Notes: generated from the letters alone by a model not told the origin. A stretch of DNA of 64,000 bases from an uncultured delta proteobacterium (GCA_963806225.1 CAWDXG010000004.1:4320001-4384000); one strand, 5' to 3'. Shown: positions 41,895 through 53,183, counted from the first letter of the stretch. Made by a program: numbers and translations.

Positions 41895-43295
41895 CTACTT
41901 CGGCGTGAGCTTCATGATGGTGCCGTCGGCTTGGTTGGCCCAGTAGACGCTGGTGGAGTCGACGGCGATGGCGCGCGCGGACTGCCCGGTGGCAAGCGTT
42001 GCCCAGGTCCCGCTGTAGGGCGTCCGCTTCTCCACCGTGCCGGCATCTGTTGTCCAGTAGAGACTGTTCGCGTTGACAGCGAGGCCCTCGAACTGCTCCG
42101 AGTAGTGTGAAGCGAAGGTCATGGGGATTCCGCCGCCGAGCTGAACCCCTTGCAAGGTGCCGTCCGCGGTAGTCCAGAAGACGCCAGTGTCATCCACGGC
42201 GAGTGCGTTGACGTGCACTATTCCCATGCTCCCGGGAACGAGGGCGGCCGGCGTCCCCCCGCCGAGCGGCACTTTCATCAAGCCGCTATCGGCGAAGGCG
42301 TTGACGGCGGTCCCCTCGTCCACGAAGTACGCGTTGTTGGCGTCGACCACGATCTCCCGCGGATAGCCCTGCCCCGAGGCGAGCGTCACCGGCGTACCTC
42401 CGGACAGGGGCGCGCTCATCACGCTGCCATCGGTGTAGTTGTTCGCTGCGGTACCGATGTCGGTCCAATAGACACGGGCGGAGTCGATAGCGAAGGCGTC
42501 CCAGGAGTCCGACCCCGAGACGAGCGTCACCGGCGTGCCGCCGGAGAGGGGCACGCTCATCACACTGGCGCCATTTCCACCGAGGACGCTGTCCAGCCAG
42601 TAGACGTTGGTCGCGTCGAGCGCGATACGCCGGGGGCAATCCTGGCCCGAGGCCAGGGTCACCGGTGTGCCGCCTCCCACCGCCACGGCGACCACGCTGC
42701 CGTTCGAGCCGGTGCAGTCCAGGTTGGTCCAGTAGACGTTCGTCCCATCGACGGCGATGGCATACGGCATGAGCTGCCCCGTCGCGAGCGTCACCAGGCA
42801 TCGCCCCGCGGTGCACTTCCCCGCGCAGCTCACGCCGCACCCGCCGCAGTTGTTCGCGTCGGTCTGCGTGTCGACGCATGCGCCGCTGCACACCGTGAGC
42901 GCACAGCCGGCGTCCGCCGTGCTGGTTCCTCCCGAGCCGCTGGTGCCGGCCGCGCCGCCCACGCCGCCTGCGTCCACACCGCCGCTTCCGCTCGTTCCAC
43001 CGGCATCGAGGCCGCCGCCGTCCGCGCCGCCGGTGCCGGCGCTTCCGCTGCTTCCGCCAATGCCCGCCGTGCCGGCTGTGCCCGCGACGCCGGCGCTTCC
43101 ACTGGTTGCGCCGCTGCCGGCCGTGCCCGCAACGCCCCCGGTGCCCGCGCTGGCGTCGCTCCCTGCTGCACCGCCGCGTCCACCGTTGCCTGCGGCACCA
43201 CGCGCGCTTTGCCCGCCACAACTCGACCCGGACACAGCAACCATGGCGAGTCCGGTTAACGTGACGAAGAGGCAGCTCCCCCGAGCCATACCCAT
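41895..43295 (-). CDS. Beta-propeller repeat lipoprotein (DUF5050-like) with Gly-rich linker
   Basis: Repeats IAVDGTNVYW...GGTPVTLASGQ; CVDTQTDANNCGGC Cys module. Confidence 0.82.
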   Translation of the reverse strand: MGMARGSCLFVTLTGLAMVAVSGSSCGGQSARGAAGNGGRGGAAGSDASAGTGGVAGTAGSGATSGSAGVAGTAGTAGIGGSSGSAGTGGADGGGLDAGGTSGSGGVDAGGVGGAAGTSGSGGTSTADAGCALTVCSGACVDTQTDANNCGGCGVSCAGKCTAGRCLVTLATGQLMPYAIAVDGTNVYWTNLDCTGSNGSVVAVAVGGGTPVTLASGQDCPRRIALDATNVYWLDSVLGGNGASVMSVPLSGGTPVTLVSGSDSWDAFAIDSARVYWTDIGTAANNYTDGSVMSAPLSGGTPVTLASGQGYPREIVVDANNAYFVDEGTAVNAFADSGLMKVPLGGGTPAALVPGSMGIVHVNALAVDDTGVFWTTADGTLQGVQLGGGIPMTFASHYSEQFEGLAVNANSLYWTTDAGTVEKRTPYSGTWATLATGQSARAIAVDSTSVYWANQADGTIMKLTPK

Positions 43296-44078
43296 GGAAA
43301 ATTCGTACCCGCCAACGCCACGAGCTGTCAACGCACGCGGCGGACGTGCACGCTCGCGGAGGGCTGGCGACGCAGCTGTGATTGCGCGACGATGTTGACG
43401 TGAGGCAACGCGCGGGGGTGCTGTGCTTGGTGCTGGTGCCAGCGGTCTACTCGTGCCGCCGCGCGCAGGCGCCCCCGCCTTCGCAGCGGAGTGTTGCCGA
43501 TCGCGGGCTCGCGGTAGGCTTCTGGCCCAGCGTTGCGGCCAGCCGCCGCTTTGCGGAGATGCGGCTCGGGGGCTACGATATCGATCCTGCTTCTGCGTCG
43601 ACGGGAGGGCGCGTCTTGCCGCAGACGTTGCGGACATCGGGGTTGGGGGTGTGTGCCGTGGTCGCCGTAGCGGCGGGGTGCCTGCTCGTCGGGTGCGTTC
43701 GCCCGAAGGGTTGCGTGGCGGGTTGCGGTGCGTCGACGGAAGCGTGCGCAGCGTGACACCGACGGATTGGCCTTCAACCGCTACGAAGTGGGCGGCAGTC
43801 GGCACCGACGACGGCCTGCGATCGTGGAGTGTAGCGACACGCCACCGTAGAGGTCGCGTGGGGCCCCCGGCCGGGAGTATGGGGTGGCCTTGGCGGGCCC
43901 GCGTCCGCGCGAAGCGCGGCGCGACGTGGAGCGACGCGCAGCGTGGGGGGCAGCCCCTTTCGTTCGGAACCCGAGCGGAGCGACGGCGCACGCGAGGGCG
44001 TCGGTCCCCGGGTGTGTGCTTGCGCATGCGCCTTCGAAAGAGCCGGGGTAGGTCCGACGACTTTGTCTCGGCTGGTAC

Positions 44079-44106
44079 TTGACACGTGTTCAGTAGTCAT
44101 TAGGAT
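44079..44106 (+). promoter_or_regulatory. Sigma-70-like promoter
   Basis: TTGACA-N16-TAGGAT in an AT-rich patch; no convincing ORF downstream. Confidence 0.4.
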
Positions 44107-44168
44107 ACCTGCATGTTTTCTGCTGCAGCCGTGGCTTGGACGCGGCCGGGCGGGGGTGCGCGGTTCGC

Positions 44169-44335
44169 CAGATGTCCGCCGGCTCGACGCGGCTCGGCGT
44201 CGCGAGCCAGATGTCCGCCGGCTCGGCGCGGCTCGGCGCGGCTCGGCGTGGCGGGACAGATGTCCGCCAACTCGACGCGGCTCGGCGCAGCTCGGCGTCG
44301 CGAGCCAGATGTCCGCCAACTCGGCGCGGCTCGCG
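44169..44335. repeat. Four-unit direct repeat (CAGATGTCCGCC + GGCTCGRCGC subrepeats)
   Basis: Units at 44169, 44208, 44257, 44306; spacing 39/49/49. Confidence 0.85.
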
Positions 44336-44841
44336 GTCGATGGGCGGCGGCGGACGGCATGTGCCTCGCACCCTTGTCGCGAACGCCAGTAGGGGCCGCG
44401 CGCGGGACTGCGCGGCGCGGCTCCACATGGAACAGGGAGGCGTGAACCAGCTCGAGACGAAGATCGCCAACTAGCAGAGCATCCGGTGCGCCCGGGGCGG
44501 CGGACGCCGCAACAGCTGCGCGTTGCGGCATGGCGCGCCCGCCCCGGACTATCGCCGCGGGCGGGCGCGGCCTTGGCGTCTTTCCCTGTGGCTAGTCGTC
44601 GTCCTTGTCGCGCTGGCAATGACAGTCGGATGTTCAGTGTGGAAGCAAGCAGGTCCTGGTTCCCCCGCGCCCAGGCTCAACCGCGAGAACGCTCGCTGTC
44701 CCGAACGTCCAGCCGGGAGTCGGCGTCGAGCGCGAAGCGGAGCACGTCGAGCAGGACTTCCTTCTGGTCCGCCTGCTTCGTCCTGCTGCAGATGCGCCGC
44801 CAGTGCTCGTGGACCCGCTGCCCGACGGCGAGCGCCGCGCC

Positions 44842-46050
44842 TTACGGCTCGCGGTAGAAGCGCGGTACGCGACGCGACACGTTGGTCAGGACCTCCCAGG
44901 GGATGGTCCCGAGCGCGTCGGCGATCTCCGTGGCGCGGATGATGTCGTGGCCGAGCGGACCTTTCTGTTCGCCCATCACCACGGCTTCGTCGCCTACGCG
45001 CACGTCGTCGATTTCCGTCACGTCCAGCATGGTCATGTCCATGCTCACCACGCCCGCGATGGGGGCGCGCCGGCCGCGCACGAGCATGTAGCCGCGGTTG
45101 GACAGCGCGCGGCTCAGGCCATCGGCGTAGCCCATGGGAACGGTGGCGATGCGCGAGCGGCGCTCGGCCGTCCAGGTGGCGCCGTAGCCCACCGACTGCC
45201 CGGGCTCGATCTCGCGCACGGAGATGACCTGGCTCTTGACGCACATCACGGGTCGGAGTTCCGGCGCGATGCGGGTCGTCGGATCCACGCCGAAGAGCGC
45301 CACGCCCGGGCGCACCATGTCGAGTCGCGCGCGCGGGCTCGAGAGCAGCGCCGCGCTGTTGGCGGCGTGCTTCACGCGCGGCTCGAGCCCCATCGCGCGC
45401 AGGCTGCCCAGCGCCTGGTCGAACAGATCCATCTGCTGGTCGATGGACGCGGCGTCGCGCTCGGCGCACGCGAAGTGGGTCATCAGACCGTCGAGCTCGA
45501 CCTCGGGGAAGCGCGCGAGCGCCGCGGCCATTTCTGCCACGTCGCGCGGCATGCTGCCGAGCCGGGACATGCCGGTGTCGATCTTCAGGTGCGCGCGGAT
45601 CGGCTCGGAGCCGGAGTAGCGCACCTCTTCGGCCAGCGCCTCGATCTGGCCGGCGTCGTAGACGACGGGCGTCAGGTTGTGCCGGAGCAGCTCGCTCCAG
45701 GCGCGGCCGTAGTAGCCGCCCATGACCAGGATCGGCGCCTTGATGCCGGCGTCACGCAGCTCGATGCCTTCCTCGAGGAGCGCGACGCACACGCCGTTGG
45801 CGCCGGCGCGCTCCAGCGTGCGGGCAACGGCCTTGGCGCCGTGGCCGTAGCCGTCGGCCTTCAGCACGCTCCACACCTCGGCGCCGCCCGCCATGCGCTG
45901 CAGCACCCGGAGGTTGTGGCGGAGGTTGGCCAGGTTGACCTCGGCGCGGGTCGGCCGGACCGCGTCGGAAGGCACCGCCCGCTGCGGCCTGAGTACCCGC
46001 GGCAGGGGAGTCGCGAGGGAGGGCGGCAGAGCGGAGTGCTGGAGGGTCAT
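44842..46050 (-). CDS. alr: Alanine racemase
   Basis: VLKADGYGHG PLP-lysine, HLKIDTGMSRLG, MTHFA, GYADG, IPWEVLT. Confidence 0.97.
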   Translation of the reverse strand: MTLQHSALPPSLATPLPRVLRPQRAVPSDAVRPTRAEVNLANLRHNLRVLQRMAGGAEVWSVLKADGYGHGAKAVARTLERAGANGVCVALLEEGIELRDAGIKAPILVMGGYYGRAWSELLRHNLTPVVYDAGQIEALAEEVRYSGSEPIRAHLKIDTGMSRLGSMPRDVAEMAAALARFPEVELDGLMTHFACAERDAASIDQQMDLFDQALGSLRAMGLEPRVKHAANSAALLSSPRARLDMVRPGVALFGVDPTTRIAPELRPVMCVKSQVISVREIEPGQSVGYGATWTAERRSRIATVPMGYADGLSRALSNRGYMLVRGRRAPIAGVVSMDMTMLDVTEIDDVRVGDEAVVMGEQKGPLGHDIIRATEIADALGTIPWEVLTNVSRRVPRFYREP

Positions 46051-46131
46051 CGCTGTAGCCTATTTCGGTAGTCCCGCTTCCATCGGCGCGTCAACTATCC
46101 GGGGATTCGTCCGCAGCCAGAACCGGGCAGC

Positions 46132-46788
46132 TTACTTGAAACAACGCCGCATGCACTTGCGGTAGTCCGCGCGGCAGGTCTTGCACTGCTTCTTCCGTGC
46201 GGCCTCCGCTTTGCGGGCTTTCTTGTCCAGATGGGCCGCCTTTCCGCCATCTTTGCTGCCGGCCGGCGGGCTGCACGAGTCGGCGCAGCTGTCCCAGGCA
46301 TCGTCACAACTGTTGCTGCATTCGCCGTCGGGGCGCTCGGGCGGCTCGTCGTTGTCCTCTAGCGAGGCGTCGGGGGGGCCGGCGTCGCTCGTGCCGGGCG
46401 CCGGTGCCGTCGGAGGCGGCGGCGCGTGCAGGCTCGTCGGGATGGGCGCTTCGGACGGGGCAACTGGCGGTTTTGCCAGGAGCTTGTCGGGTGTCGCCTC
46501 GAGCACGGGGCGCCGGAAGTCACCCGAAGCGAGCGCGCGGATCCGCCGCTGGGCGTATTCGACGCGGTCGCGAGTCTGGCCGTAGGTGTAGGTCTCCTTC
46601 CACTCCTTCCAGCAGGCCTCGCGGTGGGTCGGCGCGATGTGCGGATCGATGTCGAGCCGGTAGCAATGCTCGAACCGGACGTTTCCCTCGTAGATCGACT
46701 GCACGCTCGGCCCGCAGCCAGCGGACAACGCCGCGCACGGGCCCAGGAAAACCAGGACGGAGACAAGTCGGGCCACGGGGCAGGGCAA
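46132..46788 (-). CDS. Lipoprotein, hypothetical
   Basis: SAGC lipobox, RFEHCYRLD, Cys-rich C-terminus. Confidence 0.7.
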   Translation of the reverse strand: MPCPVARLVSVLVFLGPCAALSAGCGPSVQSIYEGNVRFEHCYRLDIDPHIAPTHREACWKEWKETYTYGQTRDRVEYAQRRIRALASGDFRRPVLEATPDKLLAKPPVAPSEAPIPTSLHAPPPPTAPAPGTSDAGPPDASLEDNDEPPERPDGECSNSCDDAWDSCADSCSPPAGSKDGGKAAHLDKKARKAEAARKKQCKTCRADYRKCMRRCFK

Positions 46789-46838
46789 GCGTGCCGGCTT
46801 TTGTGCGGCCCGGCAAGCGACGGTGCTATGTGAACGGC

Positions 46839-47537
46839 ATGTTCACGGGCCTGGTGGAAGGCACGGGGAAGTTGCGCGGCCGCTCCCGGCGCGGGCCGGG
46901 CTACCGCCTCGACATCGCGACGGATCTGGGGCCGCTCGAGCTGGGCGAGTCGATCGCCGTGAGCGGCGCCTGCCTGACCGTCGCGGCCATGACCCACGGC
47001 GCGTTCGAAGCCGACGTCTCGCTGGAGACCGCGGACAAGACCACGCTCGGCCGGGTCGCGCCGGGCAGCGCGCTGAACCTCGAGCGCTCGCTCCGGCTGG
47101 GCGACAGGCTCGGTGGTCATCTGGTCAGTGGTCACGTGGACGGCGTGGCTGTCGTGCGCTCGGTGAGCGCGGTCGGCGAGGCCCAGCGCGTGGTGGTGGC
47201 CGCGCCGGTGGAGCTGTCGCCGTTCATCGCGGCGAAGGGCTCGGTTACGCTCGACGGCGTGTCGCTCACCGTCAACGCCGTCGACGGCGCCGGGCTCGAG
47301 ATCATGCTGATCCCGCACACGCAGGAGGTCACGAACCTGGGCCGGCTCGCTCCAGGCACCGAGATGAATCTGGAAGTGGATCTCCTGGCGCGCTACGTCG
47401 TGCACTACCTGCAGGCCGCCGGCGGCGGATCGGGTCAGGGCGGCAGCTCCACCCCTGGTGGCGGCGCGCCTGGATCCGGTGGTGGCTCCACGCTGAAGGC
47501 CGCGCTCGAACGCGCCGGCCTGCTCCGGGAACCCTGA
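46839..47537 (+). CDS. ribE: Riboflavin synthase alpha chain
   Basis: MFTGLVE N-terminus, [25 protein letters not shown]. Confidence 0.96.
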   Translation: MFTGLVEGTGKLRGRSRRGPGYRLDIATDLGPLELGESIAVSGACLTVAAMTHGAFEADVSLETADKTTLGRVAPGSALNLERSLRLGDRLGGHLVSGHVDGVAVVRSVSAVGEAQRVVVAAPVELSPFIAAKGSVTLDGVSLTVNAVDGAGLEIMLIPHTQEVTNLGRLAPGTEMNLEVDLLARYVVHYLQAAGGGSGQGGSSTPGGGAPGSGGGSTLKAALERAGLLREP

Positions 47538-47538
47538 G

Positions 47539-48768
47539 ATGCCGAAACCCAGCCCCAGCATTCCGCCGCGTCCTCTCGACATCCAGCCCGCGCTGCTCGA
47601 GCGGATGCAGGCGGCCATCGACGACATCCGCCAGGGCCGCATGGTGATCCTGGTCGACGACGAGGATCGCGAGAACGAAGGCGACCTGACGATGGCTGCC
47701 AGCGCCGTCACGCCCGAGGCCATCAACTTCATGGCCAAGTTCGGCCGCGGGCTGATCTGCGTGACGATGACCGAAGCGCAGGTCGACCGCCTCGAGCTGC
47801 CGATGATGACCGCGCCCAAGGGCGGCAGAGCGCCGCTCGGCACCGCGTTCACTGTCAGTATCGAAGCGCGCGACGGCGTGACCACCGGCATCAGCGCCGC
47901 CGATCGCGCCCGCACCATCCAGGTCGCGATCGATCCCGACGTGCAGCCCGAGGATCTGGTCACGCCCGGCCACGTCTTTCCGCTGCGCGCGCGCCGCGGT
48001 GGCGTGCTGGTGCGCGCCGGGCAGACCGAGGGCTCGGTCGATCTGGCGCGGCTCGCCGGCCTCGCCCCCGCCGGCGTGATCTGCGAGATCATGAACGACG
48101 ACGGCTCCATGGCGCGCATGCCCGATCTCGAGCGCTTCGCCGAGGAGCACTCGCTGCGCATCGTCACCATCGCCGATCTCATCGCCTACCGGCTACAGAC
48201 CGAGAAGCTGGTGCGCCGCCTCGACGAGCACGACATCGTGCTCGACCAGACCGGCACGTCCTGGCACGCCATCGTCTACGAAGCCACGCTCGAGCACCGC
48301 CAGTTCCTGGCGCTGGTCAAGGGCGAGCCCTGCGGCAACGAGGCCACGCTCTGCCGCATGCACAGCGGCTCCACGCTAGCCGACACCTTCGCCTCCACGC
48401 GGCGCGAAGGCGGGAAGAACCTGCAGTTCGCCATCGACCGCATCGAGCAGGAGGGCCGCGGTGTGGTGGTGTACCTGCCGCCGAAGGGCGACCTGCGCCA
48501 CGAGCTCGCGACGCTCAAGGAGCTGGCCGACGAGGAAAAGAGCTCGCCCGTCGCCAGCGCCGAGCTGAAGAGCTCGCCGGCCGCCACCGACGCCGGCCTG
48601 ACCCGCCCCCACGGCGGCACGCTCCGCGAGTACGGCCTCGGAGCGCAGGTGCTGCGGGAGCTGGGGCTCCACCGGATCCGCTTGATTACCAGCAATCCGC
48701 GCAAGATCGCCGGCATCCACGGCTACGGTCTGGACGTGGTGGAGAGCGTGCCTCTGGCTCCCGCATAG
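47539..48768 (+). CDS. ribB: DHBP synthase fused to a degenerate GTP cyclohydrolase II domain (RibBX-type)
   Basis: [37 protein letters not shown]-domain [14 protein letters not shown] lacks the Zn cysteines. Confidence 0.93.
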   Translation: MPKPSPSIPPRPLDIQPALLERMQAAIDDIRQGRMVILVDDEDRENEGDLTMAASAVTPEAINFMAKFGRGLICVTMTEAQVDRLELPMMTAPKGGRAPLGTAFTVSIEARDGVTTGISAADRARTIQVAIDPDVQPEDLVTPGHVFPLRARRGGVLVRAGQTEGSVDLARLAGLAPAGVICEIMNDDGSMARMPDLERFAEEHSLRIVTIADLIAYRLQTEKLVRRLDEHDIVLDQTGTSWHAIVYEATLEHRQFLALVKGEPCGNEATLCRMHSGSTLADTFASTRREGGKNLQFAIDRIEQEGRGVVVYLPPKGDLRHELATLKELADEEKSSPVASAELKSSPAATDAGLTRPHGGTLREYGLGAQVLRELGLHRIRLITSNPRKIAGIHGYGLDVVESVPLAPA

Positions 48769-48791
48769 GCTTTTCGAATACCGTAGGCGCG

Positions 48792-49286
<495 letters not shown>

Positions 49287-49299
49287 CGGAGCGAACGAC

Positions 49300-49845
49300 G
49301 TGAAGCGCGCGCTCTCCGCGGCGCTCGCGGCCGCGCTGTTCGCCGCGTGCGCCGGGACGCATCCGATAGCGCCGCCGCCGCCCGCGCGCCCCGCGCCCAG
49401 CGCGCGCCCTGCCGAGCCCCCGCCGGCCAATCTCACCGCCACTACCGGCTTCGGCTGCGAGCACGACTGCCAGGGTAGCGTCGACGCCGCACTCTCCGCC
49501 GCGCTGCGCGAGCGCGCCCTGGCTGCCAGGCGCTGCTACGAGACGGCGCTGAAGAGAGATGCGTCGCTACGTGGAAAGGTCGTGCTCGGCCTGCAGCTGT
49601 CCGATGACGGCTCCGTCTGCGCCAGCCGCATCGTGCAGGACACCTTGAAGAACCCCGACGCCGTCGGCTGCATCCAGAACCTGTTCCTCGGCGCCCGCTT
49701 CCCCGCGCCCGGCGGCGGCTGCGTCAACGTCGCCCTGCCGCTGGTCTTCACGGTAGGCGACGCCGGCGCGCCGCCCGACGCGGCGCCGCCCGATTCCGGC
49801 GCACCCGGAAGCGACGCCGCGTCGCCCCAGCCAGCCCAACCATGA
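49300..49845 (+). CDS. AgmX/PglI C-terminal-domain lipoprotein
   Basis: FAAC lipobox; RRCYETALKRDASLRGKV...FPAPGGG. Confidence 0.75.
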   Translation: MKRALSAALAAALFAACAGTHPIAPPPPARPAPSARPAEPPPANLTATTGFGCEHDCQGSVDAALSAALRERALAARRCYETALKRDASLRGKVVLGLQLSDDGSVCASRIVQDTLKNPDAVGCIQNLFLGARFPAPGGGCVNVALPLVFTVGDAGAPPDAAPPDSGAPGSDAASPQPAQP

Positions 49846-50933
49846 GCGCATCCGAAGACCTCGAGGTCGCGCTCGACCGCGCCGACCGCAGCTACAGCGC
49901 CGGTGAGACCGTCAGCGGCAACGTGCTGATCCACCCCGGCAAGGACCTGCACTGCCGCCTGCGGCTTTCGTGGTGCTGGTACGCCATCGCCGAGGACGCA
50001 CTGGACGACGACGGCGAGCCGCAATCGATCGTACTCGCCGGGGAGCTCGACTGCGCCGCCGGCGAGCGCCGCACGTTTCCCTTCTCGTTCGAAGCGCCGC
50101 GCTCGCCCGCCAGCTACGCGGGCACCCACTTCAACGTCGGCTGGTCCGTGGTCGCCACGGCGGAAGGCTCCGGCCGCCACAAGGACCCCGTCGCCGGCAG
50201 CGGCTTCATCCTGAAGGCAGCCGGCGCGCCCTACGACAGCAGCTACTACGACGCGACGCCACTGGCCGAACCGGGCGCGCAGCTCGAGCCCGATACCACC
50301 AATCCGGGCAGCAAGCGCGGCTCCGTCGGCTGCTTCCTGGTCGTCATCGCCGCCGCGCTCGTCACGCTCGCCTACCTGGTGCGCGCCATCCTGGCCGCGA
50401 CCGATCAGGTGACGCAGCTGACCGACGGCATGTACGCGCTGTTCGCCGGCGGTCTCGCCGTCGGCTGCGCGCTCGGCCTGCGTACGATCCTGCGCCGCTA
50501 CGCCACCACCGCCGCCATTGGCCATGTGGAAGTAAGCGTCCCCGATCGCGCCGCGCCCGGCGCGCCGCTGCACTGCCGAATCCATCTGCCTGTCCGCGAG
50601 CCCATCGAGCTGAAGCACGTGCTCTCGCGCCTCGAAGTCGAGGAGCGCACGCTCGCGCGCACCGTGAACGTGAAGAGCGACAGCGGCGAAAGCCATGTGC
50701 GCGGCCGCTGGACCGTGCAGAAGGACGAGCACATCTTCGCCGGCACACCCGGTCGAAAGCTCGCCGGCGACACCACGCTCGAAGAAGACATCCCCATCCC
50801 CGCCGATCTGCCGCTGTCCTTCTACGCGCCGCACAACACCCTGCACGTGCGCCTCGTCCTGCACATCGCCGACCAGAGCGGCCGCGTCGACTGGACCAGC
50901 CAGCACACGCTTCTGGTCACGCCGGGCGCCTGA
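49842..50933 (+). CDS. Hypothetical membrane protein with arrestin/SpoOM-like domains
   Basis: YSAGETVSG, FPFSFEAP..PASY, two central TM helices. Confidence 0.6.
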   Translation: MSASEDLEVALDRADRSYSAGETVSGNVLIHPGKDLHCRLRLSWCWYAIAEDALDDDGEPQSIVLAGELDCAAGERRTFPFSFEAPRSPASYAGTHFNVGWSVVATAEGSGRHKDPVAGSGFILKAAGAPYDSSYYDATPLAEPGAQLEPDTTNPGSKRGSVGCFLVVIAAALVTLAYLVRAILAATDQVTQLTDGMYALFAGGLAVGCALGLRTILRRYATTAAIGHVEVSVPDRAAPGAPLHCRIHLPVREPIELKHVLSRLEVEERTLARTVNVKSDSGESHVRGRWTVQKDEHIFAGTPGRKLAGDTTLEEDIPIPADLPLSFYAPHNTLHVRLVLHIADQSGRVDWTSQHTLLVTPGA

Positions 50934-51062
50934 GCGCACACGGCTGGGCGCCCGTCCCGGTCCGTCGCTGCTCCACCTTGCCGCAGGATGTCGCGCCCCC
51001 GCCGCGCTCGATGCAGGCAGGCCTTGCGCGCCCGGCGGTTCGCCTCCACGATTCGCGCCGAT

Positions 51063-51524
51063 ATGGGTGCCCGGACCACAGCCCGCGAGGCGGCTCTGCA
51101 GATGCTCTACGCTCTCGAAGCGGGTGGGGCGCCGTCCGAGCAGGTGATTCGTGACTTCTGGCGCGAGCTGCCCGGCGACGCCGAGGGGCGCGCGTACGCC
51201 GACGAGATCGTGCGCGGCGTCCACTCCGAGCTGGAGCAGACGGACGAGCGCATCCGGGCGGCGAGCCGCAACTGGCGGCTCGAGCGCATGACGCGTGTCG
51301 ACCGCAACCTGCTCAGGATCGGTGCCTGGGAGCTGCTCCGACGCCCCGACGTGCCGCGTGCCGTGATCCTCGACGAGGCGGTGGAGCTCGCCAAGCGCTA
51401 CGGCGCCTCGGAGAGCAGCGCGTTCGTCAACGGGGTGCTCGATCGCATCGCCGACGACTGCGGACGCGCCGACGGCGACGGCGGGCCGGATGGGTCGACC
51501 GAGGGGAGCCAGAAGACCGGCTGA
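51063..51524 (+). CDS. nusB: Transcription antitermination factor NusB
   Basis: AREAALQMLY, NWRLERM..VDRNLLR, EAVELAKRYG, FVNGVLD; downstream of ribH. Confidence 0.96.
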   Translation: MGARTTAREAALQMLYALEAGGAPSEQVIRDFWRELPGDAEGRAYADEIVRGVHSELEQTDERIRAASRNWRLERMTRVDRNLLRIGAWELLRRPDVPRAVILDEAVELAKRYGASESSAFVNGVLDRIADDCGRADGDGGPDGSTEGSQKTG

Positions 51525-51527
51525 TCG

Positions 51528-52043
51528 ATGGATCTGCGCTTCACGACTCCGCATCTGCGCAAGCTCGACCTGGCCGGCACCGAGGTGCTCGTGGCGACGC
51601 TCGCGAGCGACGAGCGCCCGCCGCAGGGCGTGGCAGGGCTCGCGGACTGGCGGTTGGCCGGGCGCATTTCGCGCATCATCGAGTCGGGGTTTGCCACCGG
51701 CGAGGTCGGCGAGGTGCTGCTGGTGCCCGGCAAGCCGAAGCTGCCGTTCGACAAGATCGTGCTGTTCGGTGTCGGCGCTCGCGCGGCGTTCAACGAGCGC
51801 GTGTTCCGTTCGGTGGTCGAGCGCATGCTGGCGACGCTGGAAGGGTTGCGCGCGCGCACCGCCGTGGTCGAGTTGCCGGGGCGGCATTTCGGCGCGATAG
51901 CGCCGGAGCGCGCAGCGGACGTGCTGCTGGAGAGCGTGGGTGGCCGGCAGGAACACGACGTGTGGACGCTGGTCGAGCCGCTCGAGGCGCAGCGTTCCAT
52001 CACGCAACACATGATCCAGGAACGCCGGCGCGTACGGCGCTGA
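51528..52043 (+). CDS. Stand-alone peptidase M17 N-terminal-domain protein
   Basis: DERPPQGVAGLADWRLAG, TGEVGEVLL, KIVLFGVG. Confidence 0.75.
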   Translation: MDLRFTTPHLRKLDLAGTEVLVATLASDERPPQGVAGLADWRLAGRISRIIESGFATGEVGEVLLVPGKPKLPFDKIVLFGVGARAAFNERVFRSVVERMLATLEGLRARTAVVELPGRHFGAIAPERAADVLLESVGGRQEHDVWTLVEPLEAQRSITQHMIQERRRVRR

Positions 52044-52106
52044 CAGGGCGGAAAAAAAGTTCCCGCTGGCATGCTCCATGCCGTGCGTGCGGCGTTACCC
52101 TGGGGC

Positions 52107-52406
52107 ATGACTGAAGACCTCCAGGCATTCGATCGGGTTTCGCACCCGACCCTCGAGCGCATCCGGAAGATGTACTTCTGGGCCCATCTATTCGCCGACT
52201 TCGCAGCGGGACTGTTGTTCGTGGTCGGCAGCTGGCTGTTCTTCAGCGAAAGCACCGTCTACACGGCAACGTGGATGTTCCTGGTAGGCAGCGTGTTCTT
52301 CGCTATCCAGCCCACCATCCGCCTCGTTCACGAGATCCACCGCCGCCACATCCTGCGAGAGCTTGCGGAGGCGGTGGAGGATGCGGTCGTGCCGACCGGA
52401 AGCTGA
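52107..52406 (+). CDS. YrhK family membrane protein
   Basis: LFVVGSWLFF...WMFLVGSVFFAIQPTIRL. Confidence 0.8.
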   Translation: MTEDLQAFDRVSHPTLERIRKMYFWAHLFADFAAGLLFVVGSWLFFSESTVYTATWMFLVGSVFFAIQPTIRLVHEIHRRHILRELAEAVEDAVVPTGS

Positions 52407-52427
52407 GGCTTTCCGGTCGGTGCCGCG

Positions 52428-53036
52428 CTACTCGGGGATCCGGATCTCCCCGAGCGCCAGCTTGCCGTTCGGCAGCTTGTCGTACTCGAGCGTCATGCCG
52501 TCGTAGTGGGCGACTTCGACGGTGTGGTTCGGCCCGCTGCCGTCGCGCTTCTCGACCTTCGTGGGAGGGCCGAGCACCCGCTGCACCGCCCACGGCAGCA
52601 TGCCGGCCTTGATGTCGGGGGGGATGGCGCCGTGGAAGATGCCGTAGTGGAGCTCGTTCCCGCTCTGGTCCTTGCCCGCCGGGCGTCCCGGGCGCTCCAC
52701 GCGGATCGTCTTGACCTCGCCGTTCTCCAGGTCGAACTCGACCGCGCGATCGATGTAGCGGCACATCTTGTCGGTCTTGACGTCGCACTTCTTCTGCATC
52801 TGCCGCTCGATGGTGGCGACGGTCGCTCCGATGCGGATCGGTCCCACGCCCTTGCCGGCGAGGATGGCGAGCACGGGGCCGCTCGGGACCGGCGGATGCC
52901 ATTCCGCCGGGGCGGCGCGCGCTGCACCTGCCGAGGAGGCAGAGGCGGATGCACGGGCGGCGGGGCCGGTTCTGTTGTGCTTCTTGCAGGCCGGCGCGAG
53001 CGCAACAAGCGCGGTGAGGAGGATGGCACCGCGCAT
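52428..53036 (-). CDS. Lipoprotein, hypothetical
   Basis: MRGAILLTALVALAPAC lipobox; GKGVGPIRIGAT. Confidence 0.7.
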   Translation of the reverse strand: MRGAILLTALVALAPACKKHNRTGPAARASASASSAGAARAAPAEWHPPVPSGPVLAILAGKGVGPIRIGATVATIERQMQKKCDVKTDKMCRYIDRAVEFDLENGEVKTIRVERPGRPAGKDQSGNELHYGIFHGAIPPDIKAGMLPWAVQRVLGPPTKVEKRDGSGPNHTVEVAHYDGMTLEYDKLPNGKLALGEIRIPE

Positions 53037-53183
53037 CGAGGATCGTCGCTGGGGGCTTCTCATCTCGCTCGCCTGGTGTAGATAGCGGATGGCCTCCGGG
53101 CAACCCATTTCCGACCGCCAAGGGCACCCCGCAGCCCGTGGAGCGCAGGAAATGGCGGTTGCCGCAGCTGTCCAATCCGCTCT

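Noticed and set aside
44169..44335. CRISPR array
   Set aside because: Conserved unit only 12 bp, spacers are repetitive rather than unique, and no cas genes
44677..44820. LuxR-like C-terminal scrap (RVHEHWRRICSRT...)
   Set aside because: Too short and without a start; at most a remnant marking the island edge
43300..44840. tRNA or att site at the island boundary
   Set aside because: No cloverleaf, T-loop motif or flanking direct repeat recognised
49536..52079. 847-aa minus-strand ORF and similar long ORFs (46359-48182, 55970-58093, 31878-33617, 62082-63707)
   Set aside because: Shadow or alternate frames of well-supported genes in high-GC DNA
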